Positions 1 to 12,189 of a stretch of DNA of 64,000 nt are shown piece after piece. Position numbers and translations under genes: made by a program. A model generated the notes under the pieces. The model worked only from the letters and a program-made list of their open reading frames with translations, made no database searches and was not told the DNA's origin. The stretch spans positions 101,806,001 to 101,870,000 of the forward strand of contig NC_058373.1 of assembly GCF_018350175.1 (NCBI RefSeq), written 5' to 3'. Numbering within the stretch: the first letter of the stretch is position 1; the number at the start of each line of letters is the position of its first letter. This DNA comes from Felis catus (taxonomy: Eukaryota).

Positions 1-367
1 GCTAGTGTTTACAAAGCTTGTGGTGCCCAGCTCCGTCTGGAGTCCAGCGTGCATAACTCTGGCTCCCATCATGCCCGTTAGCCTGTGAAATTGATTTTTT
101 TAAATGGTTATACAGGTCTTTGGCCTATAGCCAACTGTATGACTGAGCAAGTGAGTCCCATTTTCAGGACTGTTCTGTGAGTAAGTTAGATCCTTCAAGG
201 ACTCATGTGTGTGGATCACTTATTCCCAGGGGCACATACGGCTCTTTTCCAATCTGGTACATTTCACGTCCTAGAAAACATTTTCTAAAAAAGGGGAACT
301 TTTCTATCTCCATTAGTTTATTTTAAAGAATGTTTTTGGGTTTTTTTTTGAAATTTATTTTCTTTTT

Positions 368-460
368 TATTAAGACAATTTTTTTAGAGCAATTGAAGCT
401 TTACAGGAAAATTGAGTGGAAGGTACAAAGATTTCCCATATATCCTCTGCCCTCACACAC
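368..460 (-). mobile_element. Old LINE-1 3'-end fragment (L1MC/L1MB-like)
   Basis: ttttagagcaattgaagctttacaggaaaattgagtggaaggtacaaagatttcccatat resembles the reverse complement of an old L1 3' terminus. Confidence 0.6.
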
Positions 461-1086
461 TATTATCTTATTTGAATGCTTCATTCCCTTGGCTTGCCCT
501 TGCTGACCATAATTGTTTAAGGCATGATTAGCTGTTTGCTCCTTGCTTGGCTGGTGTTTTAAGGTGCTGATTTCTTCCCTCTCAGTAACCGTTTCAGTAA
601 AAATGGTGGATTTTCATATTGCCTTTTAAATGGAATAGGTCTCTGTAAGTCACATTGTACGTTTCTCTCTGAATTTAATGAAGACACAAATTAAATCTGT
701 ATCTTTATTGAAGCAATTCAGGTGATGAGAAAGAGGCTCTTGAATCAAGAAAGAAAGGAAGTACCAGGGATGATGTCAGATACAGAGAGACTTAGGGCAT
801 TTTTCTGATATACAAAATGAGCTTCAGTGCTAAGAAAACTGCCAGCTCTGAATAAGGAGTTGATGGTGTGTCCATGCAAGATGGACTTATTTTTAATTTT
901 TTTTTTCTGGGACGTAGTTGGAAACCCATTAGATTAGATGGTCTTTAATCTTTTGTAGTCTGAAATTTTATGAACTCTCAAACGTTGTTTATAAATCCGA
1001 AATGGAGAGAAAAAGGGTTCCCTGCCTTAAATTTATATTCTGTCTAATATTCACTTTAAAGTTTGAATGCCCATTGCACTCTGATC

Positions 1087-1222
1087 TTTTTTTAAATTAT
1101 GAAATCTATCACACGTACAAAAGAGTATATCACATTTAGGTACCGTTAAAGGTTAATATGAGGAACGCCCCTGTGCCTACCACCCAGACGAAGAAATAGA
1201 AGGTTACCAGTGTCTTTGAAGT
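1087..1222 (-). mobile_element. Old LINE-1 3'-end fragment (L1ME-like)
   Basis: T-run followed by ...tgtgcctaccacccagacgaagaaatagaaggttaccag, typical of an antisense L1ME 3' UTR. Confidence 0.5.
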
Positions 1223-1621
1223 CGTCTCTGTTAATGTGCTTTTCTAGACTGCTTTCATGTGCCTGCAGTGTTTTATTTGTGAGCACTGGTGTCAGTGAAT
1301 ACCAAGCAAGAGAGGCCGTTTCACCTCATGCCCAAATGTTTTTCATGTTTCCATTCTGTCTGATACTGGACTTGAACACAGTTAAATTCTGCCTCTTAGA
1401 AACTGATCTTTAACAACCTAATTATCCTGCTTAAAAATAATAGCATCATTCATGATTTTAATTTTCCTGTTCATGTGGCAGTTATAGCAGTGGTGGCATT
1501 CTGCACACAGGAGGAGTATCCATCAGCTTGAGTTCCTGCTGTAGAGAAGGCAAGGTTCCTGGAAGCTGAAAATCCATCCAGGCCCTGGAGAAAGCATAGG
1601 TAGTGGAAACTATCTTCAAAC

Positions 1622-1647
1622 TATTTTTTTAATGTTTACTTATTTAT

Positions 1648-1682
<35 letters not shown>

Positions 1683-1846
1683 ACACAAGCAAGGAGGGGG
1701 CAGAGGGAGAGGGAGAGAGAGAATCCCAAGCAGGCTCCACACTCAGTGAGGAGCCTGACACGGGGTCCATCCAATAACCGTGAGATCATGACCTGAGCTG
1801 AAATCAAGAGCCAGATGCTCAACCGACTGAGCCACCCAGGTGCCCC
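1622..1846 (-). mobile_element. Can-SINE (SINEC)
   Basis: Reverse tRNA-like head (gactgagccacccaggtgcccc), (GA)n tract and tttattt tail; TSD agt(g/a)gaaactatctt. Confidence 0.95.
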
Positions 1847-1863
1847 AGTAGAAACTATCTTTA

Positions 1864-2107
1864 TCTATTTTATTTGTTTTTTTTTTTAAATAATTTTTTG
1901 AAGTTTCTTTGTTGTGATAGAGAGAGAGAGTGAGAGAGACAGAGAGAGGTGGGGGGAAGGGCAAAGAAGAGAGGGAGAATCCCAAGCAGGCTCCATGCAG
2001 TCAGTGCAGAGCCAGATGTGGGGCTCAAGCTCATGAAACCGTGAGATCATGACCTGAGCCAAAATCAAGAGTCAGACCCTTAACCGACTGAGCCACCCAG
2101 ATGCCCT
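1864..2107 (-). mobile_element. Can-SINE (SINEC)
   Basis: Full head, body and tail on the minus strand; flanked by gaaactatcttta. Confidence 0.95.
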
Positions 2108-2489
2108 GGGAAACTATCTTTAAATCACCAACGTTAAGCCCACCAAATGTGCCATTATTTTCTAGATGAATTAAAGACAGGGACATTAAAGTTCTACCCT
2201 GTCATTTCTGAATAGATTTTTTGTTGTCACCTAGAGTTCCAAAGAACCAAGGTTGGATGCATATATTTAATAACTATGTGCTTTGGTAAAAATCAGAGTT
2301 TTGGAAAAGAGGGTGTGAAGGACATTGAATAGTTATTAAATTGCATCATTTAAAAATGGGCAGGGAGACCTTACAGTGATGCAGATGCCTAATATGACAA
2401 TTCTCAGGAGGCCTTGTGGAATGCCCATCCTGCTGGAGGTCTGGGCTCATGGCCAAAGAAATGGTTCTTTTTTAGAAATGACCAAAGCT

Positions 2490-2620
2490 AACATTGAGTG
2501 TGTGTTTCCTGTGTGCCAGGCATTGTGTTAAGTGTCTCATAGGAACTGTATTGATTAGGTACTATCATAAATGGGGAAACTGAGGCCCAGAGAAACTAAG
2601 GAACCTGCCAGGGTTGCAGA
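2490..2620 (-). mobile_element. MIR SINE
   Basis: tgtgccaggcattgtgttaagtg and core atggggaaactgaggcccagaga. Confidence 0.8.
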
Positions 2621-2649
2621 AGTCACTGTCTCTCTTAGAGTCTCATAAA

Positions 2650-2885
2650 GAGAGCATTGCATACTGGGTAAGAGGATGAATGTTGGGGCAGACCATTTTG
2701 GGTTCATGGCGCACTCAGCCACTTACTAGCTCTGTGACCTTGGGCAAGCTACCTTAACCCCTGTGTGCCTCAGTTCTCATCTGTCAGGCCTTCCTCTTAG
2801 GATGGTGTTCAGGATTAAGAAGTAATAACTGTGTAGTACTTGGTCCAGGGCATGTCATATAGTACATGTTTAACAAAGTTTAGCT
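2650..2885 (+). mobile_element. MIR SINE
   Basis: Core ccacttactagctctgtgaccttgggcaag...gcctcagttctcatctgt. Confidence 0.85.
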
Positions 2886-3074
2886 AATTTGCAGAAAGTG
2901 AAAGAATCAGTGTTGAGCATTTCTCTGAGTCTGCAAGTACTCAGATATTTTAGTATTTTAGAAAATAACTTGTTTCTTATTATGTTTGTTATAGAGCAGT
3001 TAGAAAATATATAGAAATAAAACAAGAAAAAACTTTATCCAACTATCCAAACATAATTTCTGTCAATATTTTGC

Positions 3075-3239
3075 TTTTATTTATTTGAGAGAAGAGAGGG
3101 AGGGGCAGAGAGAGAGGAAGAGAGAATCTCAAACAGACATAGAGCCCCACGTGGGGCTTGATCTCACAACTTGTGAGACCATGACCTGAGCCAAAATAGG
3201 AGTTGAACGCTTAACTGACCGAACCACCCAGGGTGCCCC
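3075..3239 (-). mobile_element. Can-SINE (internally shortened), within an AT-rich probable old L1 fragment
   Basis: Reverse head gaaccacccagggtgcccc, atgacctgagcc and GA tract. Confidence 0.9.
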
Positions 3240-3829
3240 TTAGCTCAGTTTTCTTCTGCACTGCTTTAATATTACTGTGATCATTATCATACTTTATAAA
3301 TAATTTCACATCTTTTTATACTTAAAATGATAATATGAGTATTAGCATTATAATATCTTTATAAATATAATTTTAATGACCATCATAATTTCCATATTGC
3401 TCCATTGTTGGTATTCATTATTATAATTAATGTTTCCTTAAACATATTTGTGAATAAACTATATTTTCTTAAAATAGATTGGGCATTAAGCAGACACATA
3501 GGTATATATAACTTTAAAAAACTATTGTACAGAATTAACACATTTCCACTGTAACTTTACATGTACATTTTTTTCTTTAAAAGAAATCTGTCTTTACAAC
3601 ATTCTTGTTAGTTAAAAAAAGCAAGTTATCCTTAACTTAGAATGAAACAGTAATGAACTCATGTCAGTAGGTATTTATTAGCCCATTTTTACCTTAGAAC
3701 TGTTCTAAGGACTAGCAGGGTGATGAAGTTGTAAAAAAGTTTAAATATCAGCCCCACCTTTTAGGAGATATGAAGCATGTATTTTCCAGTATAAGGAAGA
3801 GATCCGATCTTTATCTGCCTTAATTCTGA

Positions 3830-3858
3830 GTGTGTGTATGTGTGTGTGTGTGTGTGTG
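3830..3858. repeat. (TG)n microsatellite, one interruption
   Basis: Visible directly in sequence. Confidence 0.95.
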
Positions 3859-4629
3859 TTCATGCACTCTTTTGCAACACTGCTTCCTGCCACAGGCTTA
3901 CTTCATGTGGTTTCTAACAGTGAGAGTTCAAGATTAGGGAGCACCTTGCCATCCTGATTGGCCATCACAGATTCGTATGAAGTCCATGTTTACAAGCTGT
4001 TTGCAAAATGTTGCTTGGTGCTGCTTAATCTGTGGCATGTGCCTGCTTCTAACACGTCCCCTCGTGGGAGGCAGAGCTGAGCCTGGGGAGGGAGCGTGCC
4101 GCCTGCACTGTCACGCTGGGTGTGAGGCTGCCTCTGAGGCAGGCACAGTAACCTCGGAAAGATGAAGGACACAGGCCCTGTTTGGTCTCCGTGCTCTAGA
4201 AATCAGCACTACACTGTCAGCATTCGTTCAGCACGTTTCTTGGAGGTTTTCTGTGAAATGTCTTCTCATAATGTCTGTTTTAAAGGTTTAGTTTTCAAAG
4301 TCCAGAGAGATTTAGTGACCCTGATGGTTCCTAATTCAGCATGCTATGTGGTGCCTGGCGCCACGTTTTTATACCCCCTCCTTTATTTAGTTCTTTCCTT
4401 TAGTGGCTGAAGACGATCTAAGGCTTGTGGAAATGGCTGCAGAAGGTGTATGGGTGGTCAACACATCTTCACATATTTGCCAAGACCGTCTTTGGTTCTG
4501 TCCCCAAAGAGAAAGGACCTGAGTCTACTCTAGAGGGAAATTCCTCTCTGGGTTGTGTAATCATTCATTCTTGCCTGCTGGAGGCAGAGGTGGAGTGTTG
4601 AGGACAGGGGAATAGCCTGGCCAGCGGAG

Positions 4630-4851
4630 ATTCCACAAGGAAGGCAGGCAGCTTCTAGAAGCTATGAAAGGCAAGGAATGGGATTTTCCCCTAAAGCCTT
4701 CAGAAGGAACACAGCCCTGCTGACACCTTGATTTTAGCCTAGAGACCCCCATTTTGGACCTATGGCCTCCAGAACTATAAGATAGTAAATGTGTGTTGTT
4801 TTAAGCCACTGAGTTTATGGGAATTTGTTACAGCAGCCAACAGGAAACTAA
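4630..4851 (+). mobile_element. MaLR LTR 3' portion (MLT1C/D-like)
   Basis: cagccctgctgacaccttgattttagcc...cctccagaactataag...ttttaagccactgagttt...ttgttacagcagc...ggaaactaa. Confidence 0.85.
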
Positions 4852-5919
4852 AGTTGTTGCAATATGGCCACCAAAGGTAGGCTGTGTCTAACTCTGATGG
4901 TTCGTTCGCCTCTGAGGAATGACGTCCTTTTTGGCATCTGAATGCTTTTATGGAGGGCTCATTTATGCCTGTGGAGAGGAAGGTGAATTTAACAGGACAC
5001 AGGTTTGAAAGAAATAGCAGTAGTTGACTAGTAGTACATCATTACAGGTTCCTCTTGGCCATACTGCACTTCTGTGCCACATGATTATTCAGAATGGACT
5101 CTTCTTGACTGTCAAAGAAAGTAAAGTCAGCTAAGTCTTCACGTGTTAGATTGACAGCAAAAGTTAGCAAAATCATTCAGAAACTTTGCTGGAGTGTTTA
5201 AACTTGCTAGGATCTAAGGCATGATTCAATCTTGGAAATCAAATTAAACTTGCCATTGGTTTTCTTTTTCCAGTAAGGAAAATTCCTTGCTCTGAAAAAT
5301 GGGAGCCCATTATGATCTTGAACATCTCCTTTTATTGGCAACTGCTGTTATTAAGCTGGAGCTTCTCGGGTGACTTGACTCTATGCTGGGTTCCTAACTT
5401 TAAGCTAGCTGGTGAATCCCCTTTGTCCTTTGATCTTTCTGCAACCTGGTTTTTGTTTTTAACTGTGAACTTGACCTGTCCCTTCCAGAACTAGGTCACT
5501 TCCATTTTGTTCCGAATAGGTAATAAAAGCTTCACAAGGAAACAAGAGTTTTCGTAGCATTTTCTCTTCCAAGCGAGCCAGGACGAAACTGAAGTGCGGC
5601 TGTTTCGGCATCTACGTTGGAAATGACAAGAATGTATTTCTACAAAAACATAAACTGAACTTCACAATGTAAAGGAGGAACAAAGTCATCTATAGAAAAG
5701 CAAGTCCAGGCCCCAGAGCTCACAGAGTACCCATTATAGTCATCCCAGAAAAGCGTTTTCTTTACCGGAGAGTTTACCAGCTAGCTCGGCCTGGTACTGT
5801 AGTGGGCGGACACTAGCTCTTACTATTCTCTCTACTCGGCGTCCGAAAAGTATTTATTTCTTAGCACATTTCTCTCATCTTTGTGCCTCTACAGCTGGAT
5901 ATTGCTTACAGCTAAATGG

Positions 5920-5922
<3 letters not shown>

Positions 5923-5972
<50 letters not shown>
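5923..5972. repeat. (TG)~25 microsatellite
   Basis: Pure TG run visible in sequence. Confidence 0.97.
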
Positions 5973-5973
<1 letters not shown>

Positions 5974-8021
5974 TAAAGTTAATTGCTGAAACTTCCGTGT
6001 TTTTTTTTGAGCCAAGTTGTGTGGAACACGCAGTCACTGTTGATAAACCCTTAATACTATAAAAATCCATTCTGATTTTTTAAGAAATCAGACAGTTCAA
6101 CTCTCCTGTGAAATAGTTGATAGTTAGTGATATAATTGTTTGACTCTGATGCAATTTTACAACAGCTCAGCTCCAGGGCATTTTTGGGGGGTGAGTGTGG
6201 AAAAAATAAGCTATGAGAAGCACTTGTAGTCAGATGGAAAAGGAGAGAGTTTGTCTCCCCTGTCCCTGAGCAGCAGATATGCCCAAATTTGTAGAATTAA
6301 AATAGGAAGCTGTTAGGGTTCATGATGGCTTTACATTTTTTCTAAGGTTTCACTTAATAAAGATGATTAAAAACCAGCTCGATGATAATTAGAATTTATA
6401 ACACATTTAATTTATGCATTAAAGGTCATACTAATTGTGATTATATATAGAAATATAGTACTCGAATTCGTAAAAGGGAGCCTTTGAATCTTGGCTGGGC
6501 ATATGGGTCTTAAAGGAGAAGAAAACTAAAAGATTCAAAGAAGGATCATTGAAGAAGAGTGAATGTTAATAATGTCATAGCTCACTTCCTTTTCACCCAT
6601 AAAGCCTCATTTACTAATAGTAACAGAATCAACAATAATGAGCATATTTCTTGTTTGCCCCATGAGTGGTCTTCAGGGTTTCCATTCCGCTTGGCAGATG
6701 AGCAATGCTCAGAACACAAGTTGCCTTCCAGGGTGGGCAAAATGTCCTAGGTAGCCTCAGGTCCCAGCACACTGCTTAGTCATCCTTTACATAGAAGTCA
6801 TGGCCTAGAGAATAGCTTTTTCCCTTCTGGTTTTGTCCTCTGGTTGCCTGTGAGGTTACAAGGAGAACCCAATATATAAGTTCTGGTAGCACAATGCATT
6901 TGATGGGAAATAAACCAGCAATAATTGTCATCATAGCCACTGATTAGTGTAGACAGATCTACTTAATCTGTGGATAGAAACCCTCAGATCGGGCCTTCCT
7001 TTGATTGACCTCCAGCACGCAGACCCCTTCGCTGAGGTGAGCTGGGTTGGTAGTGGATATCTTGCACCACTGGAGTGGAGTGTCTGTTCATTTCCATATT
7101 GTATCTCTGAGTAGCACAGGATTGGAATTATTACTTTAAAAATTGGTTGTTTATCTTTGGAAAAGAATAACTGAAAATTTACCTAGCAAAAAAATGTTAT
7201 TCAAAGAAAATCCTTTCCATTTTGGTTTAGATTGCATATATATAGTTAGCCAGTTTTTTCTAATTATTTCATTTCTTTTATTCTGTCCCTCATTGTCCGT
7301 ATTTTTGTGATAGGATACCATCATTTTTGTATTCACGTGAATATGATGAACTAATCTGCATGTCTGTAAGCTTCTTTGAGTCATCGGAAGCTTTTTTCTC
7401 CTGCTTGATAGAGTTTGGGCTATTATTAATTTTACCTCTTATTTAAAATCTGATCTTTCTTTGGATGTGAATGTCTTCATTTCCCCTAATGCCTAGTCAG
7501 TCAACTCTAATTGCTGTTTCTTCAGTCTAGGGTCATCTTCATTAGTTTAATTATTGTAGAAGCCTGTTTCCTAAATGTGCTAATAGCATGAGGATGACTT
7601 ATTTCCATGTTCTCTGTCGTGCTATGCTAAGAAACAGACAAAAAGAAAAATCTGTATAAGAAGACTGAAAAACCTCAGTTTTCTAGAACAGCCCATTCAA
7701 GGTTGCTGCACCCACCCTCATCTACCAGGAGTCAGGACTTGAGCAAGAGGGCAGAGCGTGGAGCAGGGGGCCACCTGAGGCAGTCAGTAGTGGAAAAAAC
7801 CACAAACCTCATAAAGAGGAAAAGCCAAGGAAAGCACATACATTTGACAACAAGAACAGGATACACATTGGGTCAGGAGCTGCGCAGAAATCAGAAGGAG
7901 GTGGGAGCAGGTTGGGATGAAGTGAAGCAGGTAGGTAGTGGGCATTGCCGTGACCAGAACTGGTATTATTCCTGATTTGCCTCTGTTGGTAGTTCATGGT
8001 GTGTGCATGCTAGGCTGGCTT

Positions 8022-8247
8022 ATTAATTAATTAATTAATTAATTAATTAGAATGTTTACTTATTTATTTTTGAGAGAGTGAGAGCGGGGGAGGGGCAGAG
8101 AGAGAGAGGGAGACAGAGAATCCTAAGCAGTCTCCACACTATCAGCACAAAGCCCAGCATGGGACTTGAACTCATGAACTGTGAGATCATGACCTGAGCC
8201 AAGATCAAAAGTCGGACGCTCAACCCAGTGAGCCACCCAGTCGCCCC
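8022..8247 (-). mobile_element. Can-SINE with (TTAA)n-expanded tail
   Basis: Reverse head gagccacccagtcgcccc; TSD atgcta(g/a)gctg. Confidence 0.95.
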
Positions 8248-8589
8248 ATGCTAAGCTGATTTAAAGGACTAGGGCTGGTGCAGTAAGAATGTCTTTACAA
8301 TGTACCTAAACATATTGTTGAAATGTCATGCTCTCTGAGATATTTGAACCATTATGGCATAACTATTATTGCAGGCTCCAGCTGGCACCATTTCTCTGTG
8401 TTTCTTTCTCACAGTGCTTAATTCCAGTGCCCATATCCTAATGAAGGTGGACCATGGGATGAATGATTTGTTGGCACTTGATCTTTCTTCCATTTCTTTG
8501 TAACCTATTTTACAAAGTTCCTGAAGTTTCACATAATATCTCCTTTGCACTCTACCAATTATATATCAGAGCAATTTGTGTCTTTAAAG

Positions 8590-9151
8590 TGGAGGTTCTC
8601 CAAGTGTGGCCTGGGGAACCCAAAAGTCCCTAAGGCCCTTTCAGAGGAGCTGTGAGTTCAAAACTATTTTCACAATATGATATTGTTTGCCTTTTCTTTT
8701 GCTCACATTATCTCATGACTGTACAGAATACAAGTTCATCAATAAAGATTCAAATTCCATGCCACAAGTAACTGTTAGGAAACAACCAGTTGTTGAGTTT
8801 TAGTGTATATCAAAGAAGAATCCAAAAAAGTTATTAACATACTCCTTCCCTTTTCCAACTACATTTCTGTGAGGCTATATTTTCTTCATATACTTTAAAT
8901 GAAAAAGTATATCACAAAAGATTGACTGCAGAGGGAGATATGAAAATCTAGCTGACTTCAATTAAGACAATCATTAAAAGAGATTTGCATATGGGTGGTT
9001 CAGTCAGTTAAGTGTCCAACTTCAGCTCAGGTCATGATCTCACAGTTTGTGGGTTCGAGCCCTGCATTGGTCTCTGTGCTCACAGCTCAGAGCTTGGAGT
9101 CTGCTTCAGATTCTGTGTCTCCCTCTCCCTCTGCCCCTCTCCCACTCGCAT

Positions 9152-9186
<35 letters not shown>

Positions 9187-9488
9187 AATAAATAAACATT
9201 AAAAAAAATTTTAAGAAAAAATAAAAAGATTTGCAAATATGTAAAAACTGGCTCTTCTTACTACTTTTTTTTCTGGAAAATAGTTATTTTTCATAAAATA
9301 TGTTATTTATGTGAACATATAATGGGTTTATTGTTATTTTTAAATAAATTAACAAATATTCTTTGTTTTAATTTGTAATATCATTAATCTGGATAGATAT
9401 AATCCACATAAACAAAAGTTTCTTGGGGTTCTCAATAATTCTTAATAGTGGAAATGGATTTTAAGACTAAAAGCATTGAGAACCATAG
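8590..9488 (+). mobile_element. hAT-Charlie DNA transposon fossil (Charlie1-like, internally deleted)
   Basis: Termini ..ggttctccaagtgtgg / ttgagaaccatag; perfect 8-bp TSD ctttaaag (8582-8589, 9489-9496); degenerate transposase C-terminal sequence at ~8830-8990. Confidence 0.85.
8992..9225 (+). mobile_element. Can-SINE inserted in the Charlie element
   Basis: gggtggttcagtcagttaag head, (CT)n tract, A tail; TSD agatttgca. Confidence 0.95.
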
Positions 9489-9581
9489 CTTTAAAGTAAG
9501 CATTTGTTTGGATAATGCAAAAATTTGTTTAACGACACAAATGTATGGTACATAAACGTATACTATAAAATCAGAGATTGA

Positions 9582-9796
9582 GGGGAGCCTGGGTTTCTCA
9601 GTCAGCTAAGTGCCTGACTCTTTGTTTCTGCTTGGATCACGATCTCATGGTTCGTGAGTTGGAGCCCCACATTGGGCCCTGCACTGACAGCGTGGAGCCT
9701 GCTTGGGGATTCTCTGTCTCCCTTTCTCTCTCTGCCCTTCCCCACTTGTACTTTCTCTTTCTCTCCTTCTCAAAATAAATAAATAAACTTAAAAAC
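9582..9796 (+). mobile_element. Can-SINE
   Basis: ggggagcctggg head; TSD aaatcagaga(t/c)tga. Confidence 0.95.
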
Positions 9797-10189
9797 AAAT
9801 CAGAGACTGATAATGAAAATGACTTTTGAAAAGTACTTGGTCTGGACCTCTCCTGTCTTCTGTGCCAGCAGTCGGTATATTTCCCTTTTCTTTCTTCCCC
9901 TTACACATCAATTGGAACCTAATAAATGTAAAACCCGATGTAAACCTTATATAAATATGTGGGAAACATTTAGTAACTATTCTCTTTTTATAAAATGTTC
10001 CAGGTTGCCAATAATACTTTAATAACGGCTAGCAGTTTTGCCCTTTTTGCCTGAGGGAGACAGCTTTACCACGAAATTTCATCGATTCTCAGTTATTTAT
10101 CTGTTAAAATAAAAGCGCAAGTATTAGCCTTCTAGGAGGAAGACTGGAAAAGCCACGTTATTTCTTCCAGTTAAAGAGATAGAACTTAT

Positions 10190-10382
10190 AAGTTGGTTAA
10201 GCATCGGAGTCTTGATTTAAGTTCAGGTCACAATCTCACAATTCGTGGGATCAAGTCCCATGTCAGGCTCTGCACTGATTGGCAGCCTGCTTGGAATTCT
10301 TTCTCTCCCTCTCTCTGCCCTTCCCTCACTCATGTGCACACCCATGCAATCTCTCTCAAAATAAATAAATAAACTTAAAAAA
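10190..10382 (+). mobile_element. Can-SINE, 5'-truncated
   Basis: agttggttaagc...caggtcacaatctc...aaataaataaataaact. Confidence 0.9.
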
Positions 10383-10559
10383 GGGGGGAGAGAGACTTTA
10401 TGAAATGGAAAGTGGCTATGTGATCATTTAACAAAGTCCTAGAGTCAGAGGTGAGATCAGGGTTGGGACCTGGTTCTCTTGAATTCAGCTCAGTCATCTC
10501 AAAACGCACCATTATTACCATCACCTTTCTTTGTACACTGCCTGGTGTGTGTTTCATAA

Positions 10560-10890
10560 AGATTAACTGTTGAAAGAGTATATTAGAGAGTGCATGTCTA
10601 GTGCATAGGGAGATGGAGAAGTCACAAGCCCTGGCTTCTCTTGGCTCTTCACAAGTTCACCCTGTGACTTTGGATAAGTCACCCAACCTCCCCAGTGTTT
10701 CTGGGTCATCTGTCAAATAAAAACTTACTGGCCTAGAGAGGTAGGAGCCACCTTTATGGTTTATAATGTAATTTACTTGTATCTCATTTAATGATACAAC
10801 AAAGCTCGAAGTAGCTAAGACAGGTGTCATTACTTCCATTTTGCAGTTGAGTAAATACCTGAGATTATGTGATTAAATGATGACACTTAG
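10560..10890. mobile_element. Degraded MIR fragments, one + and one -
   Basis: ctgtgactttggataagtcacccaacc...catctgtcaaa and ttccattttgcagttgagtaaa. Confidence 0.55.
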
Positions 10891-11491
10891 CTCTACTCCT
10901 TGTCCTAACAACACAAAACTTCTGCCAAGGTTTACATGGACCAGTCTCATGGTCCTTGAGAGATACATGTTCGGAACATGGGAGATGTATTTGACTCCTC
11001 AGGTTGAAACTCTGAATTATTTCACATAGAAATATGGTCTCAAGTGGTTCTTCAGGACTGGATATTGTAAGCACTACATTTGAGGAATATTGTGGGCTAA
11101 GGAGATATTTGTGGGTTGACCTAAATTCTTAATCCCCTCTTATGGCATTGTTTCATGAAAAACATGTTTCAGGTTCCATACAACCTGTATGTAAATGAGC
11201 TTTGGGAACACAAGGCATTCTATAGTTGGGTACTATTTTCTATTGTAATGTTTATCATTTTTATTTTGTGGCTTATTTGAAATCATAATATGGTATTACT
11301 AAGTAGTAGGAATATTTTATGTGAAAGTGATTGTTTTAAAGTATACTATTTTAAATAATATTTACTCCAAAATAAATAGCTTTATTCCATTATTTTATTA
11401 CATAGAGGGAGCCTCCCTTGTGCCCTCAGAAGGCATATTTAATTGTATAATAGAAGTGAATGGGAAAAAAAATTCGCTTGTCAGAAATATC

Positions 11492-11708
11492 TTTTTTTTT
11501 TTTTTAATTTTTTTAACGTTTATTTATTTCTGAGAGACAGAGTGCAGGCTGGGGAGGAGCGGAGAAAGAGACACACACAGAATCGGAAGCAGACTCCAGG
11601 CTCTGAGCTGTCAGCACAGAGCTGATGCGGGGCTCGAACTCACCAACCGTGAGATCATGACTTGAGCCGAAGTCAGACGCTTAACCGACTGAGCCATCCA
11701 GGCGCCCC
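11492..11708 (-). mobile_element. Can-SINE (felid type)
   Basis: Complete element; TSD cttgtcagaaat(a/t)tctt. Confidence 0.95.
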
Positions 11709-11729
11709 TCTTGTCAGAAATTTCTTATA

Positions 11730-11931
11730 GGGTGCCTGGGTGGCTCAGTTGGTTAAGTGTCTGACTTGGTTTCAGCTCAGGTCATGATCTCCAGGCTTCT
11801 TGGGTTCACTCCACATCGTGCTCTGTTATGGCAGCACAGAGCCTGCTTGGTATTCTCTGTCTCCCTCTCTCTGTGCCTCCTCCACTTGTGCTGTCTCTGT
11901 CTCTAAATAAATAAACTTCAAAAAAAAAAAA
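11730..11931 (+). mobile_element. Can-SINE
   Basis: Complete element; perfect TSD agaaatttcttata (11716-11729, 11932-11945). Confidence 0.95.
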
Positions 11932-11980
11932 AGAAATTTCTTATAAAAAAAGTAAAATTTAATTGTACTCATCATCTTTT

Positions 11981-12189
11981 TAAAATATTTATTTTGAGAG
12001 AGAGAGAGAGAAAATGAATGAATGGGGGAGGGGCAGAGAGAGAGAGAGAGAGGGAGAGAGAGAATTCCAAGCAGGTTCCACTCTGAGCATGGAACCTGAC
12101 GTAGGGCTCCATCTCATGAACCATGAGATCATAACCTGAGCTGAAATCAAGGGTCACATGCTCAACCGCCTGAGCTACCCAGGCACCCC
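11981..12189 (-). mobile_element. Can-SINE
   Basis: Perfect TSD tgtactcatcatctttt (11964-11980, 12190-12206). Confidence 0.95.

Noticed and set aside
7687..7930. Candidate exon (ttttctag acceptor, aagcag/gtaggt donor, open frame)
   Set aside because: Weak polypyrimidine tract and no recognisable protein similarity; cannot be supported without RNA data.
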